Made by a program: the position numbers and the translations under genes. This document shows positions 12,001 to 24,660 of a stretch of DNA of 64,000 nucleotides, piece after piece. Origin of the DNA: Balanoglossus misakiensis. Taxonomy: Eukaryota > Animalia > Hemichordata. How positions within the stretch are numbered: position 1 is the first letter of the stretch; each line of letters starts with the position of its first letter. Under the pieces are notes generated by a model. It was not told the origin of the DNA and searched no databases. It saw only the letters and a program-made list of their open reading frames with translations. The stretch lies in assembly GCA_040954595.2 (NCBI GenBank), contig CM082582.2, forward strand, positions 2,712,303 through 2,776,302, read 5' to 3'.

Positions 12001-14752
12001 AGGTTGGCAGACGACATCTTCAGCGGTGGCCATTGTGTCAGACGCGACGCTGATTGACGTGACCACGTTTGTCATGTGACCGGTTTATATTTTTTCTGCT
12101 ATTTCCCTAACGGTTCATAGTCGATTCTATTTTCCTATCACGTGACAGATTCTGGCGAATCACGGCACAGTATTAGCATGAGGTATATTATAATACAATA
12201 TATGTGCAGATACAGATAGTGACTTAAGTTTTTGATATCTGGATTATAATTTAAATTCCCAGGCGCTCAAATATGGTAAACCTAGCATTTTACCATTGCA
12301 AATGGGCGGCCATATTGGGTTGACATTTCATTAGATGGCAATATTTTTTTATACACTGCAATTTGCTGAAAATCAGTTCAATCACTGTAGTAAGTGGAAA
12401 TATTTAAAGTCTTGTGTATTTTAGCAATCATAAAGCTGATATTACTACCAAAAACATTTTATACAGTTACTTCTGAACAGCAAAAATTGCCATCATTCAA
12501 GTCAAAGTCTCAGATCGGCCCTTTTGCTTGCCTGTGTCGAGTGGATATCAAAAGTGGAGAAAGTTGGATAGTTTAATTTCTACATGTTACCTGTACTATC
12601 CTTGTAGACTATTAACATTAACAAGAATTTCATATTAAATTTTGGTATGATATGCATGGAAAGACTGGCTGGCTATAAATCATGAAAATGGACGCCGTTG
12701 CACCATACAGTTTTTACTGCACACACATGTATTTTAAGCACACTGTGTCTTTCATGTATTCCACTTTTCTCCCTTCCTTGCTGGCTTTGTCTATTTCTTT
12801 TCTGACTGTGTCTTTATGAAATTACTGGGTTTTTTTTGGTAATTCAACTTCTGGCTCAAATAAATGTACTAGAGCTGGTAAGGTTTCCTGAACATTAATC
12901 CCTGTATCTTTAACGCAGGTGTGCAAGTTCATATAAAGTTCATTGGTTAAAGGAATATTATGAGCTGATAAATTTACTAAGCTCTTCTTTCCAGTTAGAA
13001 GCTCTGCTATATTATCAACTACTCTCAATGCTACTTCAATAATGTTGCCTGTGCAAATTGACAATCAAAATATCCATTAGTTAGACAACATATTTGGTTG
13101 GGTAATTACAGAATAATTACTTTAATTCCATGCATACTCTACCTAAACTCAAATTAGAATATATAACTGAAATTATAATTATAAACAGGTCTATGAAATG
13201 CTAAGAAAATGTAAAATCTAGGAAAGAACACCCATGGGCATTCAGCTCTTAGCAGATAACATCAGTCACTTTGAAGACATGCCACTTCCCAGACTTTACT
13301 AAAAAAACTTCAAACTCTGAAGTGAAACGCATCTCCAAAAAATCCAATATGGCAACCATGAAGAAGACAATTAAAGCAACATGCTGCATTGCAGGGGCCA
13401 AAGTGGTTTGCATGGTTCCAACATAAAAATGCAAGATTCACAGAAGATTACTTCTTTCAGTTTTACAGGAGATCATCTAAACTTGTAAAAAAAATCTCTC
13501 TATTTTTTGCATGGCACCATGGTAAAATATGAAAATTTGCAATGTCTGATCTTCTGTGTCTCGATCATGTTTGATCTAATTTTCACGAAATTTTCAGATT
13601 ATATTACAATATATGTGCAGATACAGATAGTGACTTAAGTTTTTGATATCTGGATTATAATTTAAATTCCCAGGCGCTCAAATATGGTAAACCTAGCATT
13701 TTACCATTGCAAATAGGCGGCTTTAATTGGGTTGACATTTCATTAGATGGCAATATTTGTTTATACACTGCAATTTGCTGAAAATCAGTTCAATCACTGT
13801 AGTAAGTGGAAATATTTAAATTCTGATGTATTTTTAGCAATCATAAAGCTGATATTACTACCAAATAAATGCTATACAGTTACTTCTGGACAGCAAAAAT
13901 TGCCATCATTCAAGTCATAGTCTCAGATCGGCCCTTTTGCTTGCCTGTGTCGAGCGGATATCAAAAGTGGAGAAAGTTTGATAGTTTAATTTCAACATGT
14001 TACCTGTACTATCCTTGTAGACTATTAACATTAACAAGAATTTCATATTAAATTTTGGTATGATATGCATGGAAAGACTGGCTGCTTATAAATCATAAAA
14101 ATTGACGCCGTTGCACCATACAGTTTTTACAGCACACACACGTATTTTAAGCAAACTGTGTCGTTCATGTATTCCACTTTTCTCCCTTCCTTGCTGGCTT
14201 TCTATGTTTCTTTTCTGACTGTGTCTTTATGAAATTACTGATTTTTTTTGGTAATTCAATTTCTGGCTCAAATAAATTTACTAGAGCTGGTAAGGTTTCC
14301 TGAACATTAATCCCTGTATCTTTAACGCAGGTGTGCAAGTTCATATAAAGTTCATTGGTTAAAGGAATATTATGAGCTGATAAATTTACTAAGCTCTTCT
14401 TTCCAGTTAGAAGCTCTGCTATATTATCAACTACTCTTAATGCTACTTCAATAATGTTGCCTGTGCAAATTGACAATCAAAATATCCATTAGTTAGACAA
14501 CATATTTGGTTGGGTAATTACAGAATAATTACTTTAATTCCATGCATACCCTTCCTAAACTCAAATTAGAATATATAACTGAAATTATAATTATACACAG
14601 GTCTATGAAATGCTAAGAAAATGTAAAATCTAGGAAAGAACACCCATGGGCATTCAGCTCTTAGCAGATAACATCAATCACTTTGAAGACATGTCACTTC
14701 CCAGACTTTACTAAAAAATACTTCCAACTCTGAAGTAAAACGCATCTCCAAG
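1..14752. repeat. Complex higher-order tandem repeat array (satellite-like subunits interleaved with longer duplicated blocks)
   Basis: The motif GCAGTAGTACTCATGTGAACAAAATCATGAC or a close variant recurs near 1, 1748, 2580, 3128, 5157, 7185, 7734, 10107 and 10986. AAAATCCAATATGGC-type motifs recur every few hundred bp. A ~1.45 kb block occurs at ~3181-4625, ~5210-6650 and ~7788-9225, with partial copies at ~11575-12845 and ~13422-14255. A ~0.5 kb block occurs at ~9225-9715, ~12840-13340 and ~14250-14752. Identical ORF translations at 4131, 6161 and 8738 confirm the periodicity. Confidence 0.95.
11757..12193. mobile_element. Non-autonomous palindromic (hairpin) element, family A, inserted without TSD
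   Basis: Absent from sister copies of the host block (empty site CAGATTATATTACAATATATG near 3921, 5951, 8528 and 13596) and present here with at most 1 nt of overlap. Carries an ~80 bp near-perfect palindrome centred on CCCGAGGCCGCAGGCCGAGGG (~11843-11863). A second near-identical copy lies at ~36117-36558. Confidence 0.85.
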
Positions 14753-17271
14753 TTGCATACACAATATTATAATATACTGTTAGAGATTTATAATGGTTTA
14801 AGTGAAAAAATACAGAGATGTAAATACCCCTGCCATTTATTCAGTGCCATGTAATGCTGCCATTATGCACTGATTGACTCTAGCCACTTTCCCAGTAGGA
14901 GGAAAAAGACCATATGCCGACTTCAGCATAAAAATCTCAGTTTACTCTGGCTAATTATATTGGAGTTCTTATCAGTGTTTCGGGACGCTTAGATGATAAT
15001 CGTTGTAATGGACAACACCAACATATTACGTTAACAAGCGGGAAGAAACGAAAGTTACTCAGTTTTTGGCATTTTATTTTTATTTGCAAGACCGAGAAAT
15101 TAAAATATGACAAGTTTAGAAATCAATCAGATTATACAGCATGTCCCACTTTGAATGGTGGCCATATTGGATTCTGAACTCCCTAGTAATATAAACATAT
15201 AGTGTACTTAGTGAGTCTCAGTATAGGGTAATCAACACAATCAGACAAAACTTGGGTTACCCATTGGAATATTCCTATCAAATTTCAAAGCAATCCCATA
15301 TGCAGTTTCAGAAAAATCAGTATTTTCTCCAAAATTGTATAATATCTTACTTCAATCGCTTCAGGGAACATGCCTACCAAAGCTCAAGGCGATCTGACGT
15401 GCAGTTTGAAAGAAAATAATTTTTGATGAAAAATTCCACAACTTTCACACACAAAACGCAAATATGTAAATTTCAAGTATTTTTTTAAACATCTCATTTA
15501 ATTATCCCCAAGGAACAAGCCTACCAAATTTGAAAGCAATCTCACAAGCGGTTTTAGAGGAAACAATTTTTGACCAAAAATGGCAAAAATTGCTACAAAA
15601 TTATAAATATGCACATTTTTCATCAACCAGGTTTTCATCAACTGGGACCACACATACAAAAGTATGCTTCCAAGCAACACGACTCTAGGAGAAAAAATCC
15701 TTGTCGCCCTGGTCAAAAAATTGGCTTATACTAAAACATCAAATCGGTTATCTCTCAAAGCTAAAAGGGTTATCACCAAACAGATTACAATGCCTAAGTT
15801 AAAATGTTTAAGACATTTTCTTTAGTTGTGGTTTTGGTTTTATCGGTTTTCCCAATAAAAATTAGGATAATTTTTTAAGTATGCCAACGGAGAGGTGGAA
15901 ATCTCACCAGAAAAGCGAAAATACACCAACCACGTTTAAACCGTAAAATTAAAAAAAAAAACACCTGCAAACACCGAGGTGACTCATATAAAAACCTCAA
16001 AGAACGTATGGAATTATGTATGGAAAAATACCGTGGTTTCCTGACCTTCCGCTAAACAAAGACTATACGTATGGAACTATCGTTCCGTCCACCAGCAAAG
16101 AGACTTTCCAGAGAAAAACGTTCTACCCGTACCTTATGTCGCCACAGTGACGTGCCATTTTGCCACAACCGTTCGACAGTATGGTCGACTATTTTGACAC
16201 TAAACATCCTGCAGCGCTGCCATCCTTTTCAATCTCACAAACTGGCCCTACGTGCGCTTAGGCAAGAGGCCTAGCAATAAAATTCTCACAAAATATAACC
16301 CTATAAATATGACTAGACTTTCTCGATTATGACTTCCTGGTCTCCTGATTCGGGAGCCAGCGCAGCCATACCCAGAATAGCCGAGAGGCTAGCTGCACGC
16401 CCGTAGCTCGGAATTGTTTCTGGAATTAAACCTACTTCTGTTCAACTACAAGGTGTTGTACGGATAGCTGCAAGTCACCCAATACCAGACAAAACAATCG
16501 AGTGACGGTAACATAGCTAAATAGGCTATTGTACTAAAAGCAATGATTCGATTATGAGCCTACCGAAAAGACGTCTTGATCCCGCGGCAAGTAGAAGGAA
16601 AGTGGTCGAAACCCGGCGTCGCACACCGGAAACGGATCAATGATCACCTGTTGTTATGGTGAGTAGAACGTGTTACCCAATCACAGACCAAAGTTAGCAT
16701 TACGACACACTAATGAATATGCATACATGCTACAGCTGCATATTTTATTTCTTTAGAACGCTCTGGAACATGCTCGCATTCGAAAGAATATCTCATTTGC
16801 TTTTTGAGTGTGAGTGCCTCATTGTCTACACAATAAAATCGGGGGGGGGGGGGGGGCACAGTGGGTAATTTCTACCACAGCCACGCATTTCAAACCAGGC
16901 AAGCGAACTGCAAACTTCCGATGTCTGAGCAACGGGTTTGATGTGCCTTGTGTTGTGAACACTTATTCGACTTCGAGGAAACAGAGCTATAATACTTCCT
17001 AATGTGTTTCTCTTTTTGTGTCATTTTGGTCAGTCAGACCACGATACCCGAGATCGTAAACTGCTTGGGTTAGGTCGCTTAGGAGGCTGCAACTGCGGCC
17101 ACAGGTCATGTCGGTGTGTGTTGTAAACAAACATGGTAAATGCCTCCCGCACAGCAACACGCTCGCTCTACCAGCAGTCACTATGCTCTACCGTACTGTC
17201 GATCGTTTCCATGTCAGTTTCACGTTGGCTCGTTATAATGTCCCTATGCTTATCGTAATCTCGGGATCGTA

Positions 17272-17480
17272 ATTATTATTTTATTATTATTATGATTATT
17301 ATTTATCTTTATTTCAGACACAACCGTCCATAGAAATAGGTTACAAAAACTGACAAAAACACTAGAAAAGTAATAAATAAAATAAATGTAAAAAATATAA
17401 TAGTTTTAAGAATCAATGTAAAATGTCAATCCAGTGGGTATGTAGTCCATAAAAGCGCATATCTCATGAGACAAGACGAT
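17272..17480 (-). mobile_element. Probable 3' end of a non-LTR retroelement (CR1/L2-type tail)
   Basis: The minus strand reads TATGGAC...TGTCTGAAATAAAGATAAAT followed by a (TAA)n-type tail. No coding remnant recognised. Confidence 0.4.
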
Positions 17481-20400
17481 TGATCAAAACATTGGGACTA
17501 GTACAGAGACGAACAGAAAAATTAAAAGCGACTTTTCTTCTCATGACGGAGAAGCAGTTTACGGCGTTTAGAACAAATATTTTAGAGGCACTTTCGTGTC
17601 CGGGTGACCAAATAGTCTTCGAAGTGCATTGTTGTGACATACGATGATATTCCGGATATTATAATCGCACCATAAATGAAAGTCATAAATGTTATTACAA
17701 AAAGCATTAAATAAACGCAATTTCACATCGACAGAACACGAATTGAACTTTCTCAGGAGAAAATTAGGCCTAGCCCTTCCACATGTTATGTATTCGTGTT
17801 ATGATAGTCCCACTGATCTGACAACACGCTCGCTTTTATTGTGGCATTTTGTCCCGTTCGCCAGCACTGTGTATAGGCCTGCGTTTTCCGTTAACAGACT
17901 ATCCCGTTCGCCAACTTTACTGAACTGCAAATTGAAGAATCGGTTTGCAGCTAGGACGAAACGGCCGGGGTCGCGTACATTAAAGGCCGAACCGATAAGA
18001 ATAAGTGCCGTAACGACTTGTTACCGACTGGGACGGCTACGAGCCAAGAGCATATTGCAGCTCAGTGTGGCAGGGCCGGTGGTGTGTCTTACGGGCGATG
18101 TCTCCACACACTGTACTGCTCTGTTTGATAAGAGTGTCCAAGCTTCGGACCACGGTCATGTTCGGACTTATGTCTTAACTTTGCTTTGTAAACACATTAC
18201 CAACGTACAACCCCTCCATGTTTGCAGAGAAATTAGATGAAGTCACATGGCGGAGTTCTCATCCTATCGGGATGCGTTTATCTCGGAATCGGCTGCTTTT
18301 CCATCGTCGAGTTTGATTTCATGTCCGATTCATAGTCGAGTTTTATGATGATCCCTGATTGATATATATTTTTTTCGGGCGCGCCAGGGGGGGGGGTTCC
18401 ATGGGATTGATAATTCGAGGCAGGAGAAGAAATATGTCGACAGCGCAAATTGCCATTTTCTCGCTTTGTTTCGTCGATTTTGACAACTTCGCTCTGCATT
18501 GGTCGAGTGGTCTTAAATTTTACCCATCTAACAAAACAACTTTGTAGTCTATAAAGTGCTCCCAGCTGGAATAAACGTCGATTCAATTCGATTCATCATG
18601 AATTTGATCAAATTTTTTAAAAAACTCACTTGCGGGCGCTGCTCTCAATGAAAGCAGGTAACGTAACACAAACTGGTCGTTTTTTCATACTTGTGCTATA
18701 TTAAAGTAGGAAGCGTGGCCAACGTTTGGACTTAATTTGTTGTTATTGACCTAATACCACACGAGCTGATATGACCTAATTTCAAAAAACTGTCCCAAAA
18801 CTGCCAAACTCAAATATTCAAACATCACCATAATTGTACAATATCTTACATCAATCAGTATAAGGAACATGCTTACCGAAGTTCAAAGCAATCTAACAAG
18901 TGGTTTCAAGGACAAAAACTTCTGACGAAAAATTGCAACAGTTAGGCCCTACCTCAAGAACATAAATATGCCCATTTCAGCAAAAATTTAACACAACTCA
19001 CAATTGCTTAACCCTGAAAACATGCCTACCAATTTCCAAAGCAATCTGACAAGCGATTTCCGAGAAAACGAATTTTGACCAAAAATTGCAAAATTTGGCC
19101 CATAATTACAAATACGCAAACTTAGCAACAATTTGAAAAAAAAACAAAGATCACCTATAGGAAGCTTTATAATTATTCTGAATTTTTTTTAGAGAAATCG
19201 ACCAATCACTTTCATAGAAGATGTGGAAAAAATGACAAAAGTCATAAAAAGTAGAAAATTCACGATATAAGCTTATAGAGCTCTGTGATGTTGGCAGAAG
19301 ATATATGCATACCAATTTTCAAAGAAATCTGACCAGTAGTTTTCAGCTAATGTGTCCGAGATCAGACAAAAACAGAGAACAGAACAGCCAAAGTGAGAGA
19401 ACAGAATAGCCAAAACTATCACCAGCGCTTAACTCCACATCTGAAAGCAAACCATTTGTTAGAGCGATATTCAGGTCCTAAGAAAACTCACACTTCAATC
19501 AGACAGAACATACTGGTAACCACAATTGCCTTCTGATTGGAATCTGTGCAGGAAAAGCAACAACAAATACTGATCCTCACCTGAAATCAAAGAGACAGAC
19601 AAAAGCACTCATTTTATCAGAATATTTATTTTAAGTATGCAAAAATCCTAACATGATATATCTGTCTACTTATTTACCATGATAGGAAAATTGTTGGAAT
19701 AAAAATATCAAAGATATTCCTTCCTAATGCTGCATATAATATTTACATACTCTGGCAGTCTTGTAAATACAATGAAATGTTAGTCAAAAGCTCTTCTTAA
19801 GAACTGAGTAATTCTCAGTACAAAAAGCAATATGTGGAAAATACCAACTTAGCATCTTATGCAAAATCAACAAAATTGAGGAATGGTGTCCCCCCTCCCC
19901 TTCAGCACTATACATGATTCAACAGCCTCAGAGGGTCATTCTTCACACACACATAAAATGAATGGCTGATTACATGGAATATTTTCGAAAGTCAATAAGT
20001 GGTCATGAAAGGCTCTTGTTTTTGTTAAAATAAAAAAATGTTAGGAAATTCAAGAAAAGTAAAAAGCAATGTATGTGAATATTGATATTAAAAACATGTG
20101 ATTTTAATTGTTTGGCTACTATGGTCACTGGATAGAAGAGATTAGGACTCTTTAATGACTTTATTTGCATTTGAATAGTGAACTTTCCTTTTGACGTTGA
20201 ACCCCCTAGCTGGACGAGAAAATGATCTAAATGTATCATGAACGTTTATTTTGTTGACACCATTCATTAATTTACCTTTTTAAGCATATATAAATGCATT
20301 ATATCTCGATTGTAATTTGAGTGCATTTCGAGTCTATTAAAGTACTTTTCGTCGTACGAGGTCTCCTTCACTCCAGTCACTTCCTTATAACAGACTATAT

Positions 20401-22168
20401 TTCTTCACATGCATCTAATAGTTTGATTCTAACATACTTGTCACGGGTGTCGCCGTTCACCACAAAACACACCAACATGGTTTAAAGGTTTCACAAGACA
20501 TAGGCCTATAACATTTCTTAACTGAAATTGAACAGGGACATCATCAGTTCATATGTGTGGCCGGTCTGGCTACACAGGTGAACTGCTAAATTACGCACAT
20601 GTATGGGAGTTCACCTACAGCAGAATACACAAAAATTCATGCAAGTGAAAAATACAGAAGTACAATTGAAGACTTGACGCAAGTTCAGACACCAATTACT
20701 TGTGCTAAAATGAGCCAGTAGAATGCACCTATATAAAAATGCTTCAAGCTACAGGTAAAGTACAAGGAAAACTAACCTGAAATTGAACATAGACATCTTC
20801 AGTTCATACATGTGGCCGGTCTGGATACAGAGATGAACTGACTAAGTATATGCATGGTGTCCTTTTATATCAGCAATCTACACTATGGTGGCGCATTACC
20901 TTGAGTTCATTAGTCAAATGAAACATCCTGGTGGTTTGCATATAATTGAGATCATCAAATAGACTGTAAGTTCTATCATTACTAGAAAGGTGTTCTCATG
21001 AATAAATGATTAAATGATGACTGCAAAGAATACAGGTGTTACATACATACAGATATTACATATATATTCAAGTGAACGAATGGTTCGGTCCAAATCCATT
21101 GTTTCCTGCTGGAAAGTTGGATGTCTACACAGGGAATTGGGTGAAAGGTGAGAGTGCTAAGAAAAAAGGCTGATGGTAATTTTCCATTTTTATCTAAATT
21201 GAATACATGTGTGGGCTTAATCTTTCCCAATAATGCTGACACACAAAAAGTTCATTGTTTTACCAAACTTTCCTTGAGAGTCGAATGAAGGCACTTGATA
21301 TTAGCACAGAGACTGATTTTTTCCACACACCACTTTTCTCTTTTCATAGAGCTCCATTCAAATTTTGTACACAACAATGTAATAACATTGTCACTACCCA
21401 AGCCTAACTTTCAAATTACAATGTGACATTTCAAAACACTGTTAGACTCCCCAATGAACCATTAACTCTGGATCAGCATCCCTTCAAATTAGTGATAGCC
21501 CTGGGGTGAGTTTCGTTAATTTTGTTATAATGGTGTTATTTAATTGTTTGGCTGTAACACAAATTACTACATGGAAGTATAAACATGTTATGTCCACACA
21601 TATGCTGTAGGTTCAGCTTCAATTCAATTTTCAGCAATCAGATCATAACAAATTATTCCAAAAAAATGAACATCAAGAGCTGGTGACTTTGTGGCTTTCA
21701 CATGATAAATATAAACGTGTGAACATTGCCCCATGCTAGAGTGTGATATTAACACGTCTCAAACAACCTACAATTCTCTGTATATAATGAAACACATTCA
21801 TTATAGCTGGATTAGTTGGTTCACAGGTAATCTGTAACCAGATAGGCTGACCTGAGCAATCCATGTTTTTGCAAGTGTTTTATTGTCACTGTCATAGTGT
21901 GACTTCTTTGGTGTAATGCTCCACTGAACACAAGAGTATTAAAATTGGACAGATAAATGACCAATAACACAAAGTCTGTGATTGGGTAATACAAATGATA
22001 AGTACACAACTGGAAGATCTGTCACTCAAAGTTTTGTCTATTGCTCTTTTCCCTGAGGGAGAAATAGAGAGCAATTTTAGAGATACGTTCTTCAGTTTAA
22101 TGATCAGGCATTAATGAAATATTAGTCTAGTATATAGCTGTATTTTGTCAGCTTTGCTTCCAAAAACT

Positions 22169-22454
22169 ATGCATGCCACTGCCCCAATAAAGCACGATAC
22201 CCCTTGCTGGGAATTGTGATGTAATTAATATCACTTTGAAGTCAATCACAGACTTTTTTTTCCATTGATTGGTCAAAGGATACATGTGTTGTTAAGGATG
22301 AGTACCATTTTGACTTTAGATTAGCCTTGCCTTCACTGTATCTTTACACACAATCACCATTGATCAGTTTATGTGCGTGACTTCGAGGGGGATGCTAGTT
22401 ACATCACAATTCCCAGCAAGGGCTATCAGGTTTTATTGGGCCAGTGGCATGCAT
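22169..22454. mobile_element. Fold-back MITE-like element
   Basis: ~80 bp imperfect inverted repeats: ATGCATGCCACTG...CCCTTGCTGGGAATTGTGATGT at the left and ACATCACAATTCCCAGCAAGGG...CAGTGGCATGCAT at the right. Confidence 0.6.
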
Positions 22455-22497
22455 GACTCTAAATGTTCGTTTTGGAAGCAGAAAAAATGGGTATATA

Positions 22498-22705
22498 CTG
22501 TAAAACATGAAATTTTCCCAACAGGAAATTTTCGCAATATCAAAAGTGGCGACTGTTATGTAATGATTAATTTTCGCATTCTCGAATTTCAATTCATCAT
22601 TATTTCAGAAAAACATTTGTTTTGCGACTTTTTAGTTTTCAGGTTATTTTGGCTCTTGCATGATTCATGCAAATTTATCGCTCGTGAAAATTTCCTGTTT
22701 TACAG
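22498..22705. mobile_element. TA-flanked Tc1/mariner-type MITE
   Basis: TA|CTGTAAAACA...TGTTTTACAG|TA. Related copies lie at ~26207-26700, ~42184-42375, ~45341-45565, ~47220 and ~49570-49775. Confidence 0.7.
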
Positions 22706-22993
22706 TACATCCTAAGTATCTTTTTTTCACACCAGAAGACAATGCATAGTTGCTTTGTGTATGGCAGACTTTGTATTACGATAGACACTGACAACCAGTT
22801 ACATCTGTCTCGCATACAAATATGGTCATATTGAAATAAGGTATTACGATGGAAACAAAGTAAAGCTAATGCAAGAATTAGTACAGAACAAGTCTATTCT
22901 GTTACTACACTGGAATAACCATTCTGTGTTATTTGATCTGTTTAATTAAAGTCTACAGTCTCGTGTTCATTATAGTCAGTTTCCTGTATGAAT

Positions 22994-23278
22994 TTATTGA
23001 TTCAGAATATCAAAAAGACTCATGTCATCAGCCAGCAGACTACTACTTGATTGTTGCTGTGTTTGTTGCATGCTGGGTGCCAAGCCCATCTGAGGTACCT
23101 GTGGTCGCGGCCGTGGCTGTTGTCCTAGTAACAGCTGTTGTTGTTGTTGTGATTGCTGTTGTTGTAAGAACTGCTGTTGTTGTTGCCATGTTTGTTGTGT
23201 TGCTGCTGGTTGTTGTTGTTGTGGTGGTGGTGGTGGAATGGTTGGTTGTGTACCGCTAGCTTGTTGTTTTTGTTGTTG
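22994..23278 (-). pseudogene. MED25: MED25-like terminal Q-rich exon
   Basis: Acceptor TTTTGTTTGCATTCAACAG, phase 0. Open for 94 codons (QQQKQQASGTQPTIPPPPQQQQ...SSSLLADDMSLFDILNQ) and ends in TAA at 22996-22994. The acidic/hydrophobic end resembles the MED25 C-terminus (human ...DDILMDLI*, from memory). Confidence 0.7.
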
Positions 23279-23360
23279 CTGTTGAATGCAAACAAAATGG
23301 TTTTCTTTTTAAAGTCACTTCACAGAAAGCGGCAATGTATCAGGAGACAGCTCTCTTTAA

Positions 23361-24660
23361 AGGAATTATTACACCTATTTTTATTTCATTTGAGTGTAAA
23401 AGATTCATTTAGTAAAATAACCATTTTATCCAAATCAAGACATTATATTTTGGCTGTGGTTTTCTATAATTAATGATTCATTAATAAAATCGTCGAAATT
23501 CATGTCCCTCAGAAAAAATCTCAATTCGTATTTGCCGCGTATAGACCACGTGACATGACGTCATTGGGGGAAGTCGTTGCCAGTATGTAAACAGTGATAT
23601 CGTTGCACAGCTTGGCCCAAAGCGAGAGTCCCGCGTTTCCATCATTATTATCAAACGATGCGTCGTCGGGGGCTGTAAAAACACTATCCGTAGTGTACAT
23701 AGTGTACATAGATTTCCGAAAAGCAAAGGACTGAGAGAAAAATGGGAGCGCTTCGTACAAAACGGCCCAAAGGTCACTACATCACCGTAAAGGTAATGAT
23801 GAATGGAACTGTACCGGTGTTATGCCAGTTTTGGGTAACCGGTCGCTTGTGAACAGGGAGTTTATCTGTGATATTTATGTATGAAATTTGTCGTCCCATT
23901 ACGTTTTTTTCACAACTGAGATGTCAGCAATGATGTTTTAGTACGGACCGTGTCGGCATGGCGTAGTGCCGCGCACCGGGTTCTTTGTGTATATATCGGT
24001 GATCAGACGAGCGCAGACCTCCGTATCGGGGAGGCAGATCGGCTACGAGAATATTTGAGTTTCACTGAACCACTCCCTGAATATTTATTGTAAAATAAAA
24101 ACAAACAAACAGAAAATGATGCTTATTCACCAATCTATATTTCCCACTCGAGAAGACTCTGGCGAATCTCGACCCGCGCTTGCAGGCATTTCTTCGCTCG
24201 GTACATCGACGGATTCCCCACCAGCCCGAACAGGTTGAGGAGAGACCTCACCTCACGCCTTGCTGGTTCAAATCTATACGGCTGTGACAGGAATTTCCTT
24301 GAAAGCAGCGACGAAGAGCCCAAAACTCTCCATCGCTACTGTCTGAATCTTATACTCTCCCAACAAAATGCCTCGTCACTGACCGTGTTTAACGTTGACG
24401 CCATAAAAGTCAAGTAGACGACATGTACGCCTCTCGATGCGTTGAATTGTAGACTAAAAGCGAAGGAGAGCCCCCAATGACGTCACACGTAACGGGACCG
24501 TTCAGACAGAGATTTTTTTGAAGGGGTGAACATTTATTAGGATAACATTTATTCATCGACGAGAATAAAAAAAAAACGACACCAGAATTCAAATCATGAA
24601 TGCAATTTTAGTTTACAGTCAAACAATGAAAAATATTTTTTGATAGGTGTAATAAACTCT
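23361..24660. mobile_element. Internally deleted Kolobok DNA transposon
   Basis: TTAA TSD at 23357-23360 and 24661-24664; imperfect TIRs AGGAATTATTACACCTAT / ATAGGTGTAATAAACTCT. Plus-strand THAP zinc-finger remnant KRCVVGGCKNT...HRFPKSKGLREKWERFV at ~23653-23760. Minus-strand remnant with QPYRFEP near 24270, which is typical of Kolobok accessory (KolX-type) N-termini. Confidence 0.8.

Noticed and set aside
1-14752. CRISPR-like array or multigene family suggested by recurring identical short ORFs
   Set aside because: The repeats are long, the intervening sequence is repeated too (no unique spacers), there are no cas genes, and the context is eukaryotic. The ORFs recur only because the DNA is duplicated.
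17689-18240. 183-aa plus-strand ORF
   Set aside because: No recognisable motif, atypical composition, and it lies in GC-richer DNA where chance ORFs are longer.
22933-23259. Val-rich 108-aa plus-strand ORF resembling a membrane protein
   Set aside because: It is the antisense reading of the CAA-rich (poly-Q) minus-strand terminal exon.
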